From an uncultured Candidatus Saccharibacteria bacterium (GTDB lineage Bacteria; Patescibacteriota; Minisyncoccia; Ryanbacterales; HO2-45-13): a DNA stretch of 64,000 bases. The notes beneath the pieces were generated by a model. It had not been told where the DNA came from, did not search any database, and saw nothing but the letters and a program-made list of their open reading frames with translations. The position numbers and the translations under genes were made by a program. Below are positions 16,325 through 25,583 of the stretch, one piece after another. Numbering within the stretch: position 1 is the stretch's first letter; each line of letters opens with the position of its first letter. The stretch lies in NCBI GenBank assembly GCA_964354975.1, contig CAYHBS010000001.1, positions 56,282 to 120,281 of the forward strand, written 5' to 3'.

Positions 16325-16498
16325 ATATAAAAAATACTCGACATGCGTCGGGTGTTTTTTATATATCTCTTGAAAGTTGAATTCACCGTTTTTGAGCTTG
16401 ACTTCTTTCTAACCAATAATATGCTATTCTGTGCGAGGTATCGAGCTGGGTTAAAGTAGCTCGGTTATACATTTCAAACCCGAAACGGAGGTATAGTC

Positions 16499-16756
16499 AT
16501 GACGCAGTTCTTGCCAATCGCCACACTGCTAATGTCATTTGTGAGTTTCCTGTTTATGTTGTTGGTGACATTCGTCTCGCCTCTCGGCCAGTCCAAGTCG
16601 TTCTACTTCCTTTGTGGCGAGTCAGCTTTCATCACAGCGATCATCTTCGGAGCACTGTCGGTACATAAAGTCCACAGGTTCAACCCTTTCGAAACGATTC
16701 TCTGGTTCATCGTTGGTTCCATAATGTTTGCGTACTCGGCGTGGTTCACTAACTAA
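16499..16756 (+). CDS. Small membrane protein (3 predicted TM), hypothetical
   Basis: 85 aa; SD GGAGG 6 nt upstream; hydrophobic. Confidence 0.6.
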   Translation: MTQFLPIATLLMSFVSFLFMLLVTFVSPLGQSKSFYFLCGESAFITAIIFGALSVHKVHRFNPFETILWFIVGSIMFAYSAWFTN

Positions 16757-16862
16757 GGTCGGATATGTTCCGACCAACGGGCCCAAGGGGACATCAAATT
16801 CCACCTGGGCCTTTTTTCTTTTTAATTTATCCCTGTATGTGTCATATTTAATAGAACAAAAA

Positions 16863-16897
16863 GACGCCCACGCAATTGCGGGGCGTCCTTTTTTCTT
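16863..16897. terminator. Bidirectional rho-independent terminator (gacgccc acgcaattgcg gggcgtc + T-run)
   Basis: seen in sequence; directly follows the clpB stop (minus) and the + strand membrane protein gene. Confidence 0.7.
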
Positions 16898-19574
16898 AAT
16901 GCACTGCCGCTTTCTTTTGGTGATGCCGGGCATGCTGCTTTTTTCCAAGCACTTCGGTGTGTAGCTTACCATCCTTCACCGACACCTTCAGTGTACTCCC
17001 CGACTCTGCCTCCCCACTGACGATATGACCGGCAAGCGTGTTCAGCAGTGTATTTTGAATAAGTCGCTTGAGCGGGCGTGCGCCATACTGCGGACTATAT
17101 CCCTCTTTGGCAAGATATTCTTTTACGTCTTTCCCGATCATAATTTTCATTCCGCGGTCGGCAAGACGCTTTTCCACGCGCATCAGCTGAATATCCACAA
17201 TCTGCACGAGGTGCGTCCTCGTGAGATTATTGAATACCACAATTGCGTCAAAGCGATTGAGGAATTCCGGACGAAATCGATTTTCGAGCGTTTCAAAGAT
17301 TTTGCGCCGAATTTCATCGTCGTGAATTTTGTCTTTATCATCATTCTCGTTTGAGAGATCAAACCCTAGGGCTCCAGCTTCACGTACAAGTTCTGACCCG
17401 ATATTCGAAGCCATAATAATGACCGTATTCTTAAAGTTGACGTGCCTCCCTTTCGCATCGGTGAGTCGCCCATTATCAAGAATCTGAAGCATAATGTTAA
17501 ACACTTCGGGATGTGCTTTTTCAATTTCATCGAAAAGCACCACGGAGTATGGACGGTGACGAATGATTTCAGTCAGTTGGCCTCCCTCTTCAAATCCAAC
17601 GTACCCGGGAGGAGAGCCAATAAATTTTGATACCGCGTGCTTCTCCATGTATTCAGACATGTCGACGCGCACCAGCGATTTTTCATCGTTGAACATAAAC
17701 TCCGCGAGCGAACGTGCGAGTTCGGTCTTCCCCACGCCCGTTGCTCCGAGGAACATAAATGAACCAATGGGGTGATCTTCCTCTCCAATTCCGGCGCGGT
17801 TGCGTCGCACCGCGTTTGCGATTTCACGCACTGCTTCATCTTGACCGATGACACGCTTGCGCAGCACCTCTTCCATTTTCATGAGCTTCTTTGCCTCTTC
17901 CTCGAGCATGCGTTTTACGGGAATTCCTGTCCAGCGCGCAACTACCTCGGCGATCTCTTCGGCATCAATTTCTTCTTTGAGAATTTTGCGATTTGACTGC
18001 AGTCTGCGCAGGCGCTTTTCATCTTCGCGCAGTTGCTTCATGAGATCAGGAATGCGCGAATAACGAATCTCCGCTACTTTGGTGTAGTCTGAAACACGCT
18101 CGGCGTTTTCGGATTCAAGCCGGAGACGTTCAAGATCTTTCTTTGCCTCCTGCAAACGTGTAATAGTCTCCTTCTCATTATTCCATTTCAACTCAATAGA
18201 CTTCTCGCGCTCTTTGAGTTCCGCGAGTTGTCGCTCGATGGAGCGAATATCGCGTTTACGATCTTCCTCACGCTTCAGTGCCTCGCGTTCTATCTCAAGC
18301 TTCATAATATCCTTGCGAATCACCTCAAGATCTCGTGGCACGCTGTCAATTTCTAATCGCAGTGCGGACGCCGCTTCATCAACAAGATCGATGGCTTTAT
18401 CTGGTAAAAATCTATCGGAGATATATCTACTCGAAAGCTCTACCGCAGATTGAATCGCTTCATCAGTGATTTTAATTCCATGAAAGACTTCGTATTTTTC
18501 TTTCAGACCCCGAAGTATTGCCACTGCGTCGTCCGCCGTGGGCTCTTCTACATATACCGGCTGGAAGCGGCGCGCGAGTGCGGGATCTTTTTCGATGTGT
18601 CGCTGATATTCTTTGAGTGTGGTGGCACCAATCGCATGGAGCTCGCCACGCGAGAGCGCGGGCTTGAGTAAATTTGCTGCGTCCATCGCCCCTTCCGCGG
18701 CTCCCGCACCAACAATGGTGTGAATTTCATCAATAAATAATATGAAGTGATTTTTTGAACGCTCAATTTCGCGTAGTACCGCCTTCAATCGCTCTTCAAA
18801 TTCCCCCCGATACTTTGTGCCCGCAACGAGCGCGCCAAGATCAAGTGAGATGAGCTCTTTGCCACGGAGGCCTTCTGGAACTGTTCCTGCGACGATCCGC
18901 TGTGCGAGTCCATCGACAATGGCGGTCTTTCCTACTCCGGCCTCCCCAATAAGAATGGGGTTATTTTTTGTGCGACGAGAGAGCACCTGCATCACACGAC
19001 GAATTTCGTCCTCGCGACCAATGACCGGATCTAATTTATCTTGACGCGCAAACTCCGTGAGATTGCGCGCATATTTCTCGAGCACTTGATATTTCGATTC
19101 TGGCTCTGCATCGGTCACTCGCTGTGAACCGCGAATACTTGCAAGCACTTTCAGCACAGTTTCCTTATCAACTTGGAATCGCTCAAGAATTTCCTTCGTT
19201 TTTGACGGTGTCTCCAAAAATCCAAGAAACAAATGCTCGGTTGAAATATATTCATCTTGTAGTGACGCGGCTGCTTTGTGCGCCTCTTCCAGTACGCGTG
19301 CGAGCTCTGGTGTTAAATAGAATTGCTGGGATGGTGTGACCACTTGTCCGCCCTTCCTGGAGTCGAGCGCGTCAAGCACATAATCAGTGAATTGTTGATA
19401 ATCAATTCCCAGCTTTTCAACCAGCGGGATAATCATCCCCTCGTCTTCTTGCAGGAGCAGTGCCCCAAGCACGTGGAGTGCGTCGAGCGATGTTTGCCCG
19501 CGCTCAAGCGCAAGTTCATGTGCCTTGCGAAGCGCTTCTTGTGCTTTGATAGTGAAATTCTGAAATGGAGGCAT
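16896..19574 (-). CDS. clpB: ATP-dependent chaperone ClpB
   Basis: 892 aa; Clp_N, two AAA+ modules ([22 protein letters not shown]) and long coiled-coil M-domain. Confidence 0.93.
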   Translation of the reverse strand: MPPFQNFTIKAQEALRKAHELALERGQTSLDALHVLGALLLQEDEGMIIPLVEKLGIDYQQFTDYVLDALDSRKGGQVVTPSQQFYLTPELARVLEEAHKAAASLQDEYISTEHLFLGFLETPSKTKEILERFQVDKETVLKVLASIRGSQRVTDAEPESKYQVLEKYARNLTEFARQDKLDPVIGREDEIRRVMQVLSRRTKNNPILIGEAGVGKTAIVDGLAQRIVAGTVPEGLRGKELISLDLGALVAGTKYRGEFEERLKAVLREIERSKNHFILFIDEIHTIVGAGAAEGAMDAANLLKPALSRGELHAIGATTLKEYQRHIEKDPALARRFQPVYVEEPTADDAVAILRGLKEKYEVFHGIKITDEAIQSAVELSSRYISDRFLPDKAIDLVDEAASALRLEIDSVPRDLEVIRKDIMKLEIEREALKREEDRKRDIRSIERQLAELKEREKSIELKWNNEKETITRLQEAKKDLERLRLESENAERVSDYTKVAEIRYSRIPDLMKQLREDEKRLRRLQSNRKILKEEIDAEEIAEVVARWTGIPVKRMLEEEAKKLMKMEEVLRKRVIGQDEAVREIANAVRRNRAGIGEEDHPIGSFMFLGATGVGKTELARSLAEFMFNDEKSLVRVDMSEYMEKHAVSKFIGSPPGYVGFEEGGQLTEIIRHRPYSVVLFDEIEKAHPEVFNIMLQILDNGRLTDAKGRHVNFKNTVIIMASNIGSELVREAGALGFDLSNENDDKDKIHDDEIRRKIFETLENRFRPEFLNRFDAIVVFNNLTRTHLVQIVDIQLMRVEKRLADRGMKIMIGKDVKEYLAKEGYSPQYGARPLKRLIQNTLLNTLAGHIVSGEAESGSTLKVSVKDGKLHTEVLGKKQHARHHQKKAAVH

Positions 19575-19606
19575 ATGGGTAGTATAACGATTTAGGTAAG
19601 TATTTT

Positions 19607-20857
19607 CTACTGCTGAAATTCGGTAAGAATGGCACGTATCGTAAGGGTTTCTGTCCCCCTTAGCAATACAATGGAGACGGCATCTCCCGGAGCACGCGCC
19701 TGGATGAGATCCGACAAACGATGTTCGGAATTTACCGCGACGCCATGGAATGTGCGAATAATATCTCCCTCTTTAATACCGGATTTTGCTGCGGGAGAAT
19801 TTGGTATCACGCCAGGATCCCCGGCGGTACCAAGCACAAGTGCCCCTTCTGTGACAGTGAGACCGCGACTACGCGCAATATCTGCGGTGATGTCGGTGTA
19901 GCGTACACCGAGATACGGATAAATAATACGTCCTGATGATTGTATCGATGCGAGATCGCGTTTGAGCAAATTAATGGGAAGTGCAAAGCCAACATTTTCC
20001 GCCCCCGTAGCAACCGCTGTGTTTATACCGATAACATTCCCCTGAATATCAATGAGGGGGCCGCCCGAGTTTCCTGGATTAATTGCGGCGTCTGTTTGAA
20101 TCACGGAACGCAACTGCTCCGTCTCCCCCTGTGAGCTCGCAGTAATAGTGCGCGAAAGTCCAGAAATAATCCCCACAGAAACACTATTTTGAAATTCGCC
20201 TAGTGCATTTCCGATTGCGATGACGGAAGTGCCAATTTGGAGCGTGTCAGAATCTCCTAGCGGTATCGACGAAATACCGAGATTAGCAACCTTGAGTACT
20301 GCGAGGTCCTGAAACGGATCCCGCGCAAGCACCGTAGCGGTAAGTGTTTTGCCATCACTCGTATTTATATAATATGTAGCGTCAGCATCGGCAACAACAT
20401 GCTTGTTGGTTGCAATAAGCCCATCTGAAATGACAAATCCTGTTCCCGCAGATACTTGGCGTTCTTCCGTCCCGTTCTGGCATAATTGCGGATTAAATAA
20501 ATCAGGAAACATGCGCCCAAAAAAATCGTTTGGACTTGATGGAGACTGGCATTGCGTATATGTAGAAACATTTTTTTTGGCAATGACGCTCACCACCGAC
20601 GGTGAATACTTCTGCACAATATTTGCAATTCGGTTCTCTCTGTCTTCAATGGTCACGGGAGCTCCCATGGGCACATTGTTTGTCGTAATTGCTGGCGTCG
20701 TTGTTGGTGAGGCGTTTAGTGCAGCAAACAATGCCTCCCCGCTACGAGATCCAATAACGAATGAAGTCGTTGCAGAAGAAACGACTGCCGAGATAAGCGC
20801 GGCAGTCGCGACAACAACGATAAATTGATGTCGATCCATATAATAACTATTTCTCAA
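19607..20857 (-). CDS. HtrA/DegP-family serine protease with PDZ domain
   Basis: 416 aa; TM/signal, trypsin-like catalytic motifs (GTGFVISDGLIATNKHV, GNSGGPL) and a C-terminal PDZ. Confidence 0.88.
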   Translation of the reverse strand: MRNSYYMDRHQFIVVVATAALISAVVSSATTSFVIGSRSGEALFAALNASPTTTPAITTNNVPMGAPVTIEDRENRIANIVQKYSPSVVSVIAKKNVSTYTQCQSPSSPNDFFGRMFPDLFNPQLCQNGTEERQVSAGTGFVISDGLIATNKHVVADADATYYINTSDGKTLTATVLARDPFQDLAVLKVANLGISSIPLGDSDTLQIGTSVIAIGNALGEFQNSVSVGIISGLSRTITASSQGETEQLRSVIQTDAAINPGNSGGPLIDIQGNVIGINTAVATGAENVGFALPINLLKRDLASIQSSGRIIYPYLGVRYTDITADIARSRGLTVTEGALVLGTAGDPGVIPNSPAAKSGIKEGDIIRTFHGVAVNSEHRLSDLIQARAPGDAVSIVLLRGTETLTIRAILTEFQQ

Positions 20858-20887
20858 AAATAACGATGATAAGAAAAACGCGTGATG

Positions 20888-21133
20888 TTACTCGACCGCT
20901 TCAACGCGGTCAATCCCATTGATGCGCTCCTTGAGGATCATCTCGATTCCTTCCTTGAGCGTCAGCTCCGAAAGTGGGCAACCTTTGCACGTTCCGAGCA
21001 GGCGCACGTATATAACGCCGTCTTCAAACTTTACATATTCCACTTTACCTAAATGCCGCCCCACCATGGGATTGATTTCATCTTGAATAACACGCTCTAT
21101 TTCTTGTTGGTATAACGTTGTGGTTGCGTCCAT
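20888..21133 (-). CDS. NifU C-terminal-like (Nfu) Fe-S carrier domain protein
   Basis: 81 aa; CKGC motif (LLGTCKGCPLS). Confidence 0.75.
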   Translation of the reverse strand: MDATTTLYQQEIERVIQDEINPMVGRHLGKVEYVKFEDGVIYVRLLGTCKGCPLSELTLKEGIEMILKERINGIDRVEAVE

Positions 21134-21135
21134 AG

Positions 21136-21405
21136 TTACGGATAGAGTTGCTGATCCTGATCATCAAACACGGAAATCGCGCGCGTAGGGCATGATTTTG
21201 CGGCAAGCAGAATGGTGTCTGCGTCCGCGCCATCAACGGATAGAACGGTTGCCTTGTTATCATCATCGAGCACAAACACACCGGGCGCGATAGCCACGCA
21301 TGACGCGGCGCCGATGCACAGTTCGCGGTCGATAATAATTTTACTGATTTTTGGTGGGATATTATCCATAGTATTTTTCAGTGTAAAAACGAACGAGCTC
21401 TTCAA
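21136..21405 (-). CDS. Small ferredoxin-like protein (single [4Fe-4S]-type Cys cluster)
   Basis: 89 aa; CIGAASC...AAKSCP Cys pattern; start may be the internal Met at 21369. Confidence 0.6.
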   Translation of the reverse strand: MKSSFVFTLKNTMDNIPPKISKIIIDRELCIGAASCVAIAPGVFVLDDDNKATVLSVDGADADTILLAAKSCPTRAISVFDDQDQQLYP

Positions 21406-22021
21406 TAGCTGGTGTGGCTTCGGGTGAACCCACCCCGACTTTCAATTTTTGCTGCACCTCCTCGAGCGTACGCGCGCCTTCAAGCACTGCTTCCTCGATA
21501 TCTTTATCCGTGATATTCAATGTTGCGTCAATCACTTTAGAACCTTCTACCATTATACGGTCGTACTGACCGATAGATCGGAAATAATTGTTAATGGTTT
21601 TGTGAAATGCCTTGTCCGCCAGCACCGAGCAATGAATCTTGCGATCCGGAAGCCCCCCGAGACGTTCCATAATATCCTGCGGGCGTACCTTCACGGCGTC
21701 CGAAATCGCCATACCGCCGTTTTCCGTAAGCATGACCGAATACATGCTTGTTGCCGCAATGGCAGATCCACAACCAAATGTCTTCCATTTGAGATCAATA
21801 ATACGCTCCGTACTGGAATCAATTTTCACCCACATGCGCATCATATCTCCACAGGCGGGAGATCCCACTTCGCCGATTGCGTCATACGATCCTTCTGCGG
21901 GCTCTTCAAGAAGCAAATTACGTGGATGAAAGAAGTGGTCTTTAACAATATCGGAATACACCCACCCCTGCCCGGTGTGTGTGTTCACAACTTCATATTT
22001 TCCTTTTGGTATTGGTTGCAT
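21362..22021 (-). CDS. Fe-S cluster assembly scaffold, NifU/IscU N-terminal domain protein
   Basis: 219 aa; GSPACGDMMRMWVKI, KTFGCGSAIA, HCS motifs. Confidence 0.85.
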   Translation of the reverse strand: MQPIPKGKYEVVNTHTGQGWVYSDIVKDHFFHPRNLLLEEPAEGSYDAIGEVGSPACGDMMRMWVKIDSSTERIIDLKWKTFGCGSAIAATSMYSVMLTENGGMAISDAVKVRPQDIMERLGGLPDRKIHCSVLADKAFHKTINNYFRSIGQYDRIMVEGSKVIDATLNITDKDIEEAVLEGARTLEEVQQKLKVGVGSPEATPAIEELVRFYTEKYYG

Positions 22022-22054
22022 AAGTGTAAGTTGATGTTGTTTGTTGTTTTAATG

Positions 22055-22160
22055 TTTGAGTGATTTCATGAGCTTGTGATTATTGTTTTCATGATCTCGT
22101 GTTCTAGTGATTTTATGATTTTATGTTCTCGTGTTTTCATGATTTTATGATCTTCTGTTT
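22055..22160. repeat. Degenerate ~16-nt tandem repeat array (same family as the rps-operon spacers) in the nifS-nifU spacer, overlapping the nifS stop
   Basis: ttgttttcatgatctcgtgttctagtgattttatgattttatgttctcgtgttttcatgattttatgatc. Confidence 0.6.
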
Positions 22161-23441
22161 TTTTGCTTTCTGCTCCCAATGTGGCATACCCTGTCCCGCG
22201 AATGCCGCGCGCGATGCGATGCCAGTGCCGTCGGTTGGGAGTGATATCGGCGATATCTTTCGGAGTGTTGTAGTGATTCCTGGCATGACGCTAAGCACAT
22301 AATCGATATCTTCCTTGGTTGTATGTCTCCCAAGCGTAAATCTAAGCGACGCATGCGCGTATTCATATGGACGCCCCAGTGCAAGAATCACATGTGACGG
22401 ATCTAATGTGACCGAGTCACAGGCCGATCCCGTGGACGCCTCGATGCCCTTGTGATCGAGATACAAGAGATACGCCTCTCCCTCGATATCGAGAATTGAA
22501 ATATTGACGTTGTTTGGAATTCGTCTTTCGCCAAGCCCTTGAGAGGGGTCGGGACCATTGAGCACAATTTTAGGAATGATGTTGAACAGTTCGGAAATAA
22601 AATAATCACGTAATACGGTGAGCCGCTTCCCTTCCGTATCTCTCATTTCTTGAGTAATCTTCAGCGCTTCGGCAAATCCAACAACTCCCGCAACATTTTC
22701 TGTTCCACTGCGCAGACGATTTTCTTGACCTCCCCCGTGCCACAACGGTGAGAGGAGAATACCTTTCCGCACATAGAGCGCACCAATCCCTTTTGGACCG
22801 TAAATTTTGCTGCCATTCATGGTCATCAGATCCACACCAAGTTCACGCACATTTAAAGGGAGATACCCCGCAGCTTGGCACGCGTCAGTATGAAAATATA
22901 TTGGACGCGTTTCTCCTGTTTGCTTGCGTCGCTCTCGTTCCATCTTAATCGCGCGAGCGATATCTGCCATTGGCGCAATCGTCCCGGTTTCGTTGTTTGC
23001 ATACATAATGGAAACGAGTGTCGTTTCCGATGTAATGGCGGTTGCGAGTTCGTCGATTTTTACGAATCCATCTCGGTCCACTCCCACATACGTTACGGAC
23101 ATTCCGTCCTTTTCGAGTTGGCGCGCATTATTGAGTATTGCGTGATGCTCGGTGGTAGCCGTCACCAATGCACCTCCGTGCTTTCGTAGTACACCAAAAA
23201 GCGCAAGTGCATTTGCTTCGGTGCCGCTTCCAGTAAAAATAATTTCTTCGGGTTTTGCTCCAAGGATTCCCGCAACGGTAGCGCGTGCGTCCGCAAGCGC
23301 AGTTTTTGCGGTGCGCCCCGATAAATATATTGCGGATGGATTTCCGAACGAATCCGAAAGATACGGCATCATTGCGGTCAGTACGCGCTCATTAAGCGGC
23401 GTGGTTGCTGCGTGATCTAAAAATACGTGTCTTGTGCTCAT
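22137..23441 (-). CDS. Cysteine desulfurase NifS/IscS family
   Basis: 434 aa; class V aminotransferase fold (HAATTPL; active-site Cys in STGSACDS); the extra Lys-rich C-terminal tail is encoded by the repeat region. Confidence 0.88.
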   Translation of the reverse strand: MSTRHVFLDHAATTPLNERVLTAMMPYLSDSFGNPSAIYLSGRTAKTALADARATVAGILGAKPEEIIFTGSGTEANALALFGVLRKHGGALVTATTEHHAILNNARQLEKDGMSVTYVGVDRDGFVKIDELATAITSETTLVSIMYANNETGTIAPMADIARAIKMERERRKQTGETRPIYFHTDACQAAGYLPLNVRELGVDLMTMNGSKIYGPKGIGALYVRKGILLSPLWHGGGQENRLRSGTENVAGVVGFAEALKITQEMRDTEGKRLTVLRDYFISELFNIIPKIVLNGPDPSQGLGERRIPNNVNISILDIEGEAYLLYLDHKGIEASTGSACDSVTLDPSHVILALGRPYEYAHASLRFTLGRHTTKEDIDYVLSVMPGITTTLRKISPISLPTDGTGIASRAAFAGQGMPHWEQKAKKQKIIKS

Positions 23442-23710
23442 GGTTTGATTGGTGCGCTAAACACTCCACATCCCACGCACGGATGCGCGGTATTATAGGT
23501 ATAGACAACTTGACGCCCGGTTTGAGCACGAGCAATCACTCCTTTTGAAAGTAAAATATGGAGATGATGCGACACCGTTGGTTGCGTAAGTTCCATGTGG
23601 TTGGTGATTTCAGTCACTGTACGAGGAGATGCTTGGAGCAGGCGCAAAATACGGAGTCGGGATGAGTCCGCAAGCGCCTTAAAACAGTGTGTGCACGATG
23701 TTCCCGCCAT
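23438..23710 (-). CDS. ArsR/SmtB-family transcriptional regulator
   Basis: ORF 23438..23761 trimmed to Met giving MAGTSCTHCFKALADSSRLRILRLL...; winged HTH; heads the nifS-nifU cluster. Confidence 0.75.
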   Translation of the reverse strand: MAGTSCTHCFKALADSSRLRILRLLQASPRTVTEITNHMELTQPTVSHHLHILLSKGVIARAQTGRQVVYTYNTAHPCVGCGVFSAPIKP

Positions 23711-23773
23711 AATATATAGATGAGTATCTATGAATGGCGTGGGAAAGTCAATACTACACATTGAATATATATC

Positions 23774-23815
23774 AAAAAAACCTCAAGCAGAACGTGTGTC
23801 TGCTTGAGGTTTTTT
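23774..23815. terminator. Bidirectional rho-independent terminator (A7 - cctcaagcaga acgtgtg tctgcttgagg - T6)
   Basis: seen in sequence; terminates the hypothetical gene 23849-24112 and insulates it from arsR. Confidence 0.8.
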
Positions 23816-23848
23816 GGCGGGCCGGACGCATTCTAGACGGGCGTGTGG

Positions 23849-24112
23849 CTACCGTAATCCGAAGACGAAATTCGTCTCGAAAACGTTCAATGTTCCACTG
23901 TCGCCAGGACAATGATACTTTTTCCTGGACTCCACTGTCTTTATGGAAGTGACAGAGTATCCGTCCCTCTCGAACTCTCTGATCAGGTTATTTACCCTAC
24001 CCTCGTGAACCTTCTTGGTCTTGTCCCGATCCCAGATTTGCCAGGAGTTGGTTTCCAGGCTCTTTACTACGGTCTGCTGCTTCTTGGGCCCGCTTTGAGT
24101 TGCTTCCGTCAT
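23849..24112 (-). CDS. Hypothetical small protein (87 aa)
   Basis: Strong SD GGAAGGAGG 10 nt upstream of the ATG; bracketed by terminators. Confidence 0.55.
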   Translation of the reverse strand: MTEATQSGPKKQQTVVKSLETNSWQIWDRDKTKKVHEGRVNNLIREFERDGYSVTSIKTVESRKKYHCPGDSGTLNVFETNFVFGLR

Positions 24113-24231
24113 AACTCTTTAGCCTCCTTCCTAGATAGTGTACTATTATCGAGCTAGGTTCTCGATTATTTCACCGTCATTGTATTAACATAACTGTTTC
24201 TGTAAGTCAACAATACATATAATTTATATAG

Positions 24232-24256
24232 AAAAAAGGACCGCGCTAGGCGGTCC
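24232..24256 (-). terminator. Rho-independent terminator for the LOG-like gene (ggaccgc gctag gcggtcc followed by T6 on minus strand)
   Basis: seen in sequence. Confidence 0.7.
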
Positions 24257-24282
24257 ATGAGAGTGAAACTGCGAGTTGGAGA

Positions 24283-24762
24283 TCAGGCCAAAAATGCTTT
24301 CACACCATCTATTGATCGTGTGAAAACGACTTCACGCCCAGTGGGCTCAACTTGTTTGATGTATGCTGCCATCTCTGGCGTACCCCCAATGATGAGTAAA
24401 GGGCGCCGCTGCTGAATTGCGAAGGCAATCTCAGATAAAGTACCGGAAGACCAGGGGCCGATAGCAATAACGATTTTTGAAGAAAGAATGTTGATGAAGT
24501 TCCTCGCGCCACGTATTCCTGTAACAATCGGAATGTCAACGTCCGCACACATATCATCAGCGTTGTCAGTGGGACAAATACCCACCACCAGACCGCCCGC
24601 ATCTTTAGCACCTCGACATGCTTCGGCCATTGTTCCTTTCATTCCCCCTGAAAGGAGCGTATGGCCACGCTCTGCCACGGCCTTCCCGATTTGGTATGCA
24701 ATTTTCAGTTGTTCCGCCGTTGCAGTTGCCCCGGGGCCCATAACACCAACAATGAATTTCAT
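24283..24762 (-). CDS. TIGR00725/LOG-family Rossmann-fold protein (lysine-decarboxylase-like)
   Basis: 159 aa; MKFIVGVMGPG...LLSGGMKGTMAEA...PLLIIGG pattern. Confidence 0.7.
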   Translation of the reverse strand: MKFIVGVMGPGATATAEQLKIAYQIGKAVAERGHTLLSGGMKGTMAEACRGAKDAGGLVVGICPTDNADDMCADVDIPIVTGIRGARNFINILSSKIVIAIGPWSSGTLSEIAFAIQQRRPLLIIGGTPEMAAYIKQVEPTGREVVFTRSIDGVKAFLA

Positions 24763-24937
24763 TTTTTCCTCCCTATATCGACGTCGTATGCTGCGCTTTC
24801 TGTGTCTTTGTTACCATAAAACATACATCCTTATCAAGTGTTGAGAAAATCTTATTACTCATGCACTAATGCAAACAAGCGCTGATATTCTCAAATGTGT
24901 TATGATCTAGGATAGAAAATATGGAGGTATCGTAACC

Positions 24938-25162
24938 ATGCCTTCTTCAAAAAAAGCAAAGATCGATCGCGCCACTTCCAAGGACACCGCCGTGGAAAGA
25001 GCTTTGAAAAAACGAAAGCGTAATATCGCCAAGCACCTCGCAGCGGCAGAAGAAAATATAAAGCAAGGTCGAGTGCACGGCCCGTTTACCACAACCGAAG
25101 AGCTCTTCGCTGCTGCGCGTAACTTTCAAACATCTGAAACAACGACAAGGAGGAAGAAATGA
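24938..25162 (+). CDS. Small basic protein, hypothetical (74 aa)
   Basis: SD GGAGG 8 nt upstream; Lys/Arg-rich; ATGA overlap with the next gene. Confidence 0.5.
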   Translation: MPSSKKAKIDRATSKDTAVERALKKRKRNIAKHLAAAEENIKQGRVHGPFTTTEELFAAARNFQTSETTTRRKK

Positions 25163-25533
25163 TCAATCCTGAAATCCGAGATGTTGAAGCCGAAAGAGGC
25201 GTGCTCACTTTCATACTGCCCGACGCGCGAGTAATCGTTCAAGATTTCGTGGCGCAGAATCCTGCATTTCAATCGAACTGTGTATTCAACGATCACGGAC
25301 CGCGTCCCCGAATACTACTTGAGATTTGGAGACCGAACATGCACACGCTGAATACTGAGGAACAGAAGAGCATCGCTACATGCGTGTTGCGCATCGTGCA
25401 ACTCAAACCTCCTGGTGAGCTTGAGTATGTACGATCTCTCCACCCTATGGGCGTAGCCTACTTCCGTATCACATCGAACGCGAAAACCATCGTGCGTAAA
25501 GGCCCGGAACACGGACCAGAAAAAGTGTACTAA
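25159..25533 (+). CDS. Hypothetical protein (124 aa)
   Basis: SD AAGGAGGAAG upstream; translationally coupled to 24938-25162; followed by a hairpin. Confidence 0.5.
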   Translation: MINPEIRDVEAERGVLTFILPDARVIVQDFVAQNPAFQSNCVFNDHGPRPRILLEIWRPNMHTLNTEEQKSIATCVLRIVQLKPPGELEYVRSLHPMGVAYFRITSNAKTIVRKGPEHGPEKVY

Positions 25534-25539
25534 ACCACC

Positions 25540-25563
25540 CCCCGGACTCTCGTGAGTCCGGGG
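25540..25563 (+). terminator. Stem-loop ccccggact tcgtg agtccgggg after the two-gene + strand cassette (weak U-tract)
   Basis: seen in sequence. Confidence 0.45.
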
Positions 25564-25583
25564 AATATTGTTATGTACTAGAC

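Noticed and set aside
15956-16380. ORFs 15956-16156, 16060-16380, 16080-16325 and a possible tmRNA across the tRNA-Tyr region
   Set aside because: They overlap tRNA-Tyr and its duplicated 3' end. There is no tmRNA-like tag reading frame and no 5' acceptor half, so the duplicated T-arm-like sequence is better explained as an att-type repeat.
16622-16972. 116-aa minus ORF bridging the small membrane protein gene and the clpB 3' end
   Set aside because: It overlaps two well-supported genes and a terminator hairpin.
23716-23731. ATAGAT-gagt-ATCTAT inverted repeat as a separate annotated operator feature
   Set aside because: If the ArsR-family gene starts at the upstream Met (23761) the repeat would be intragenic. 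It is kept only as a note in findings.
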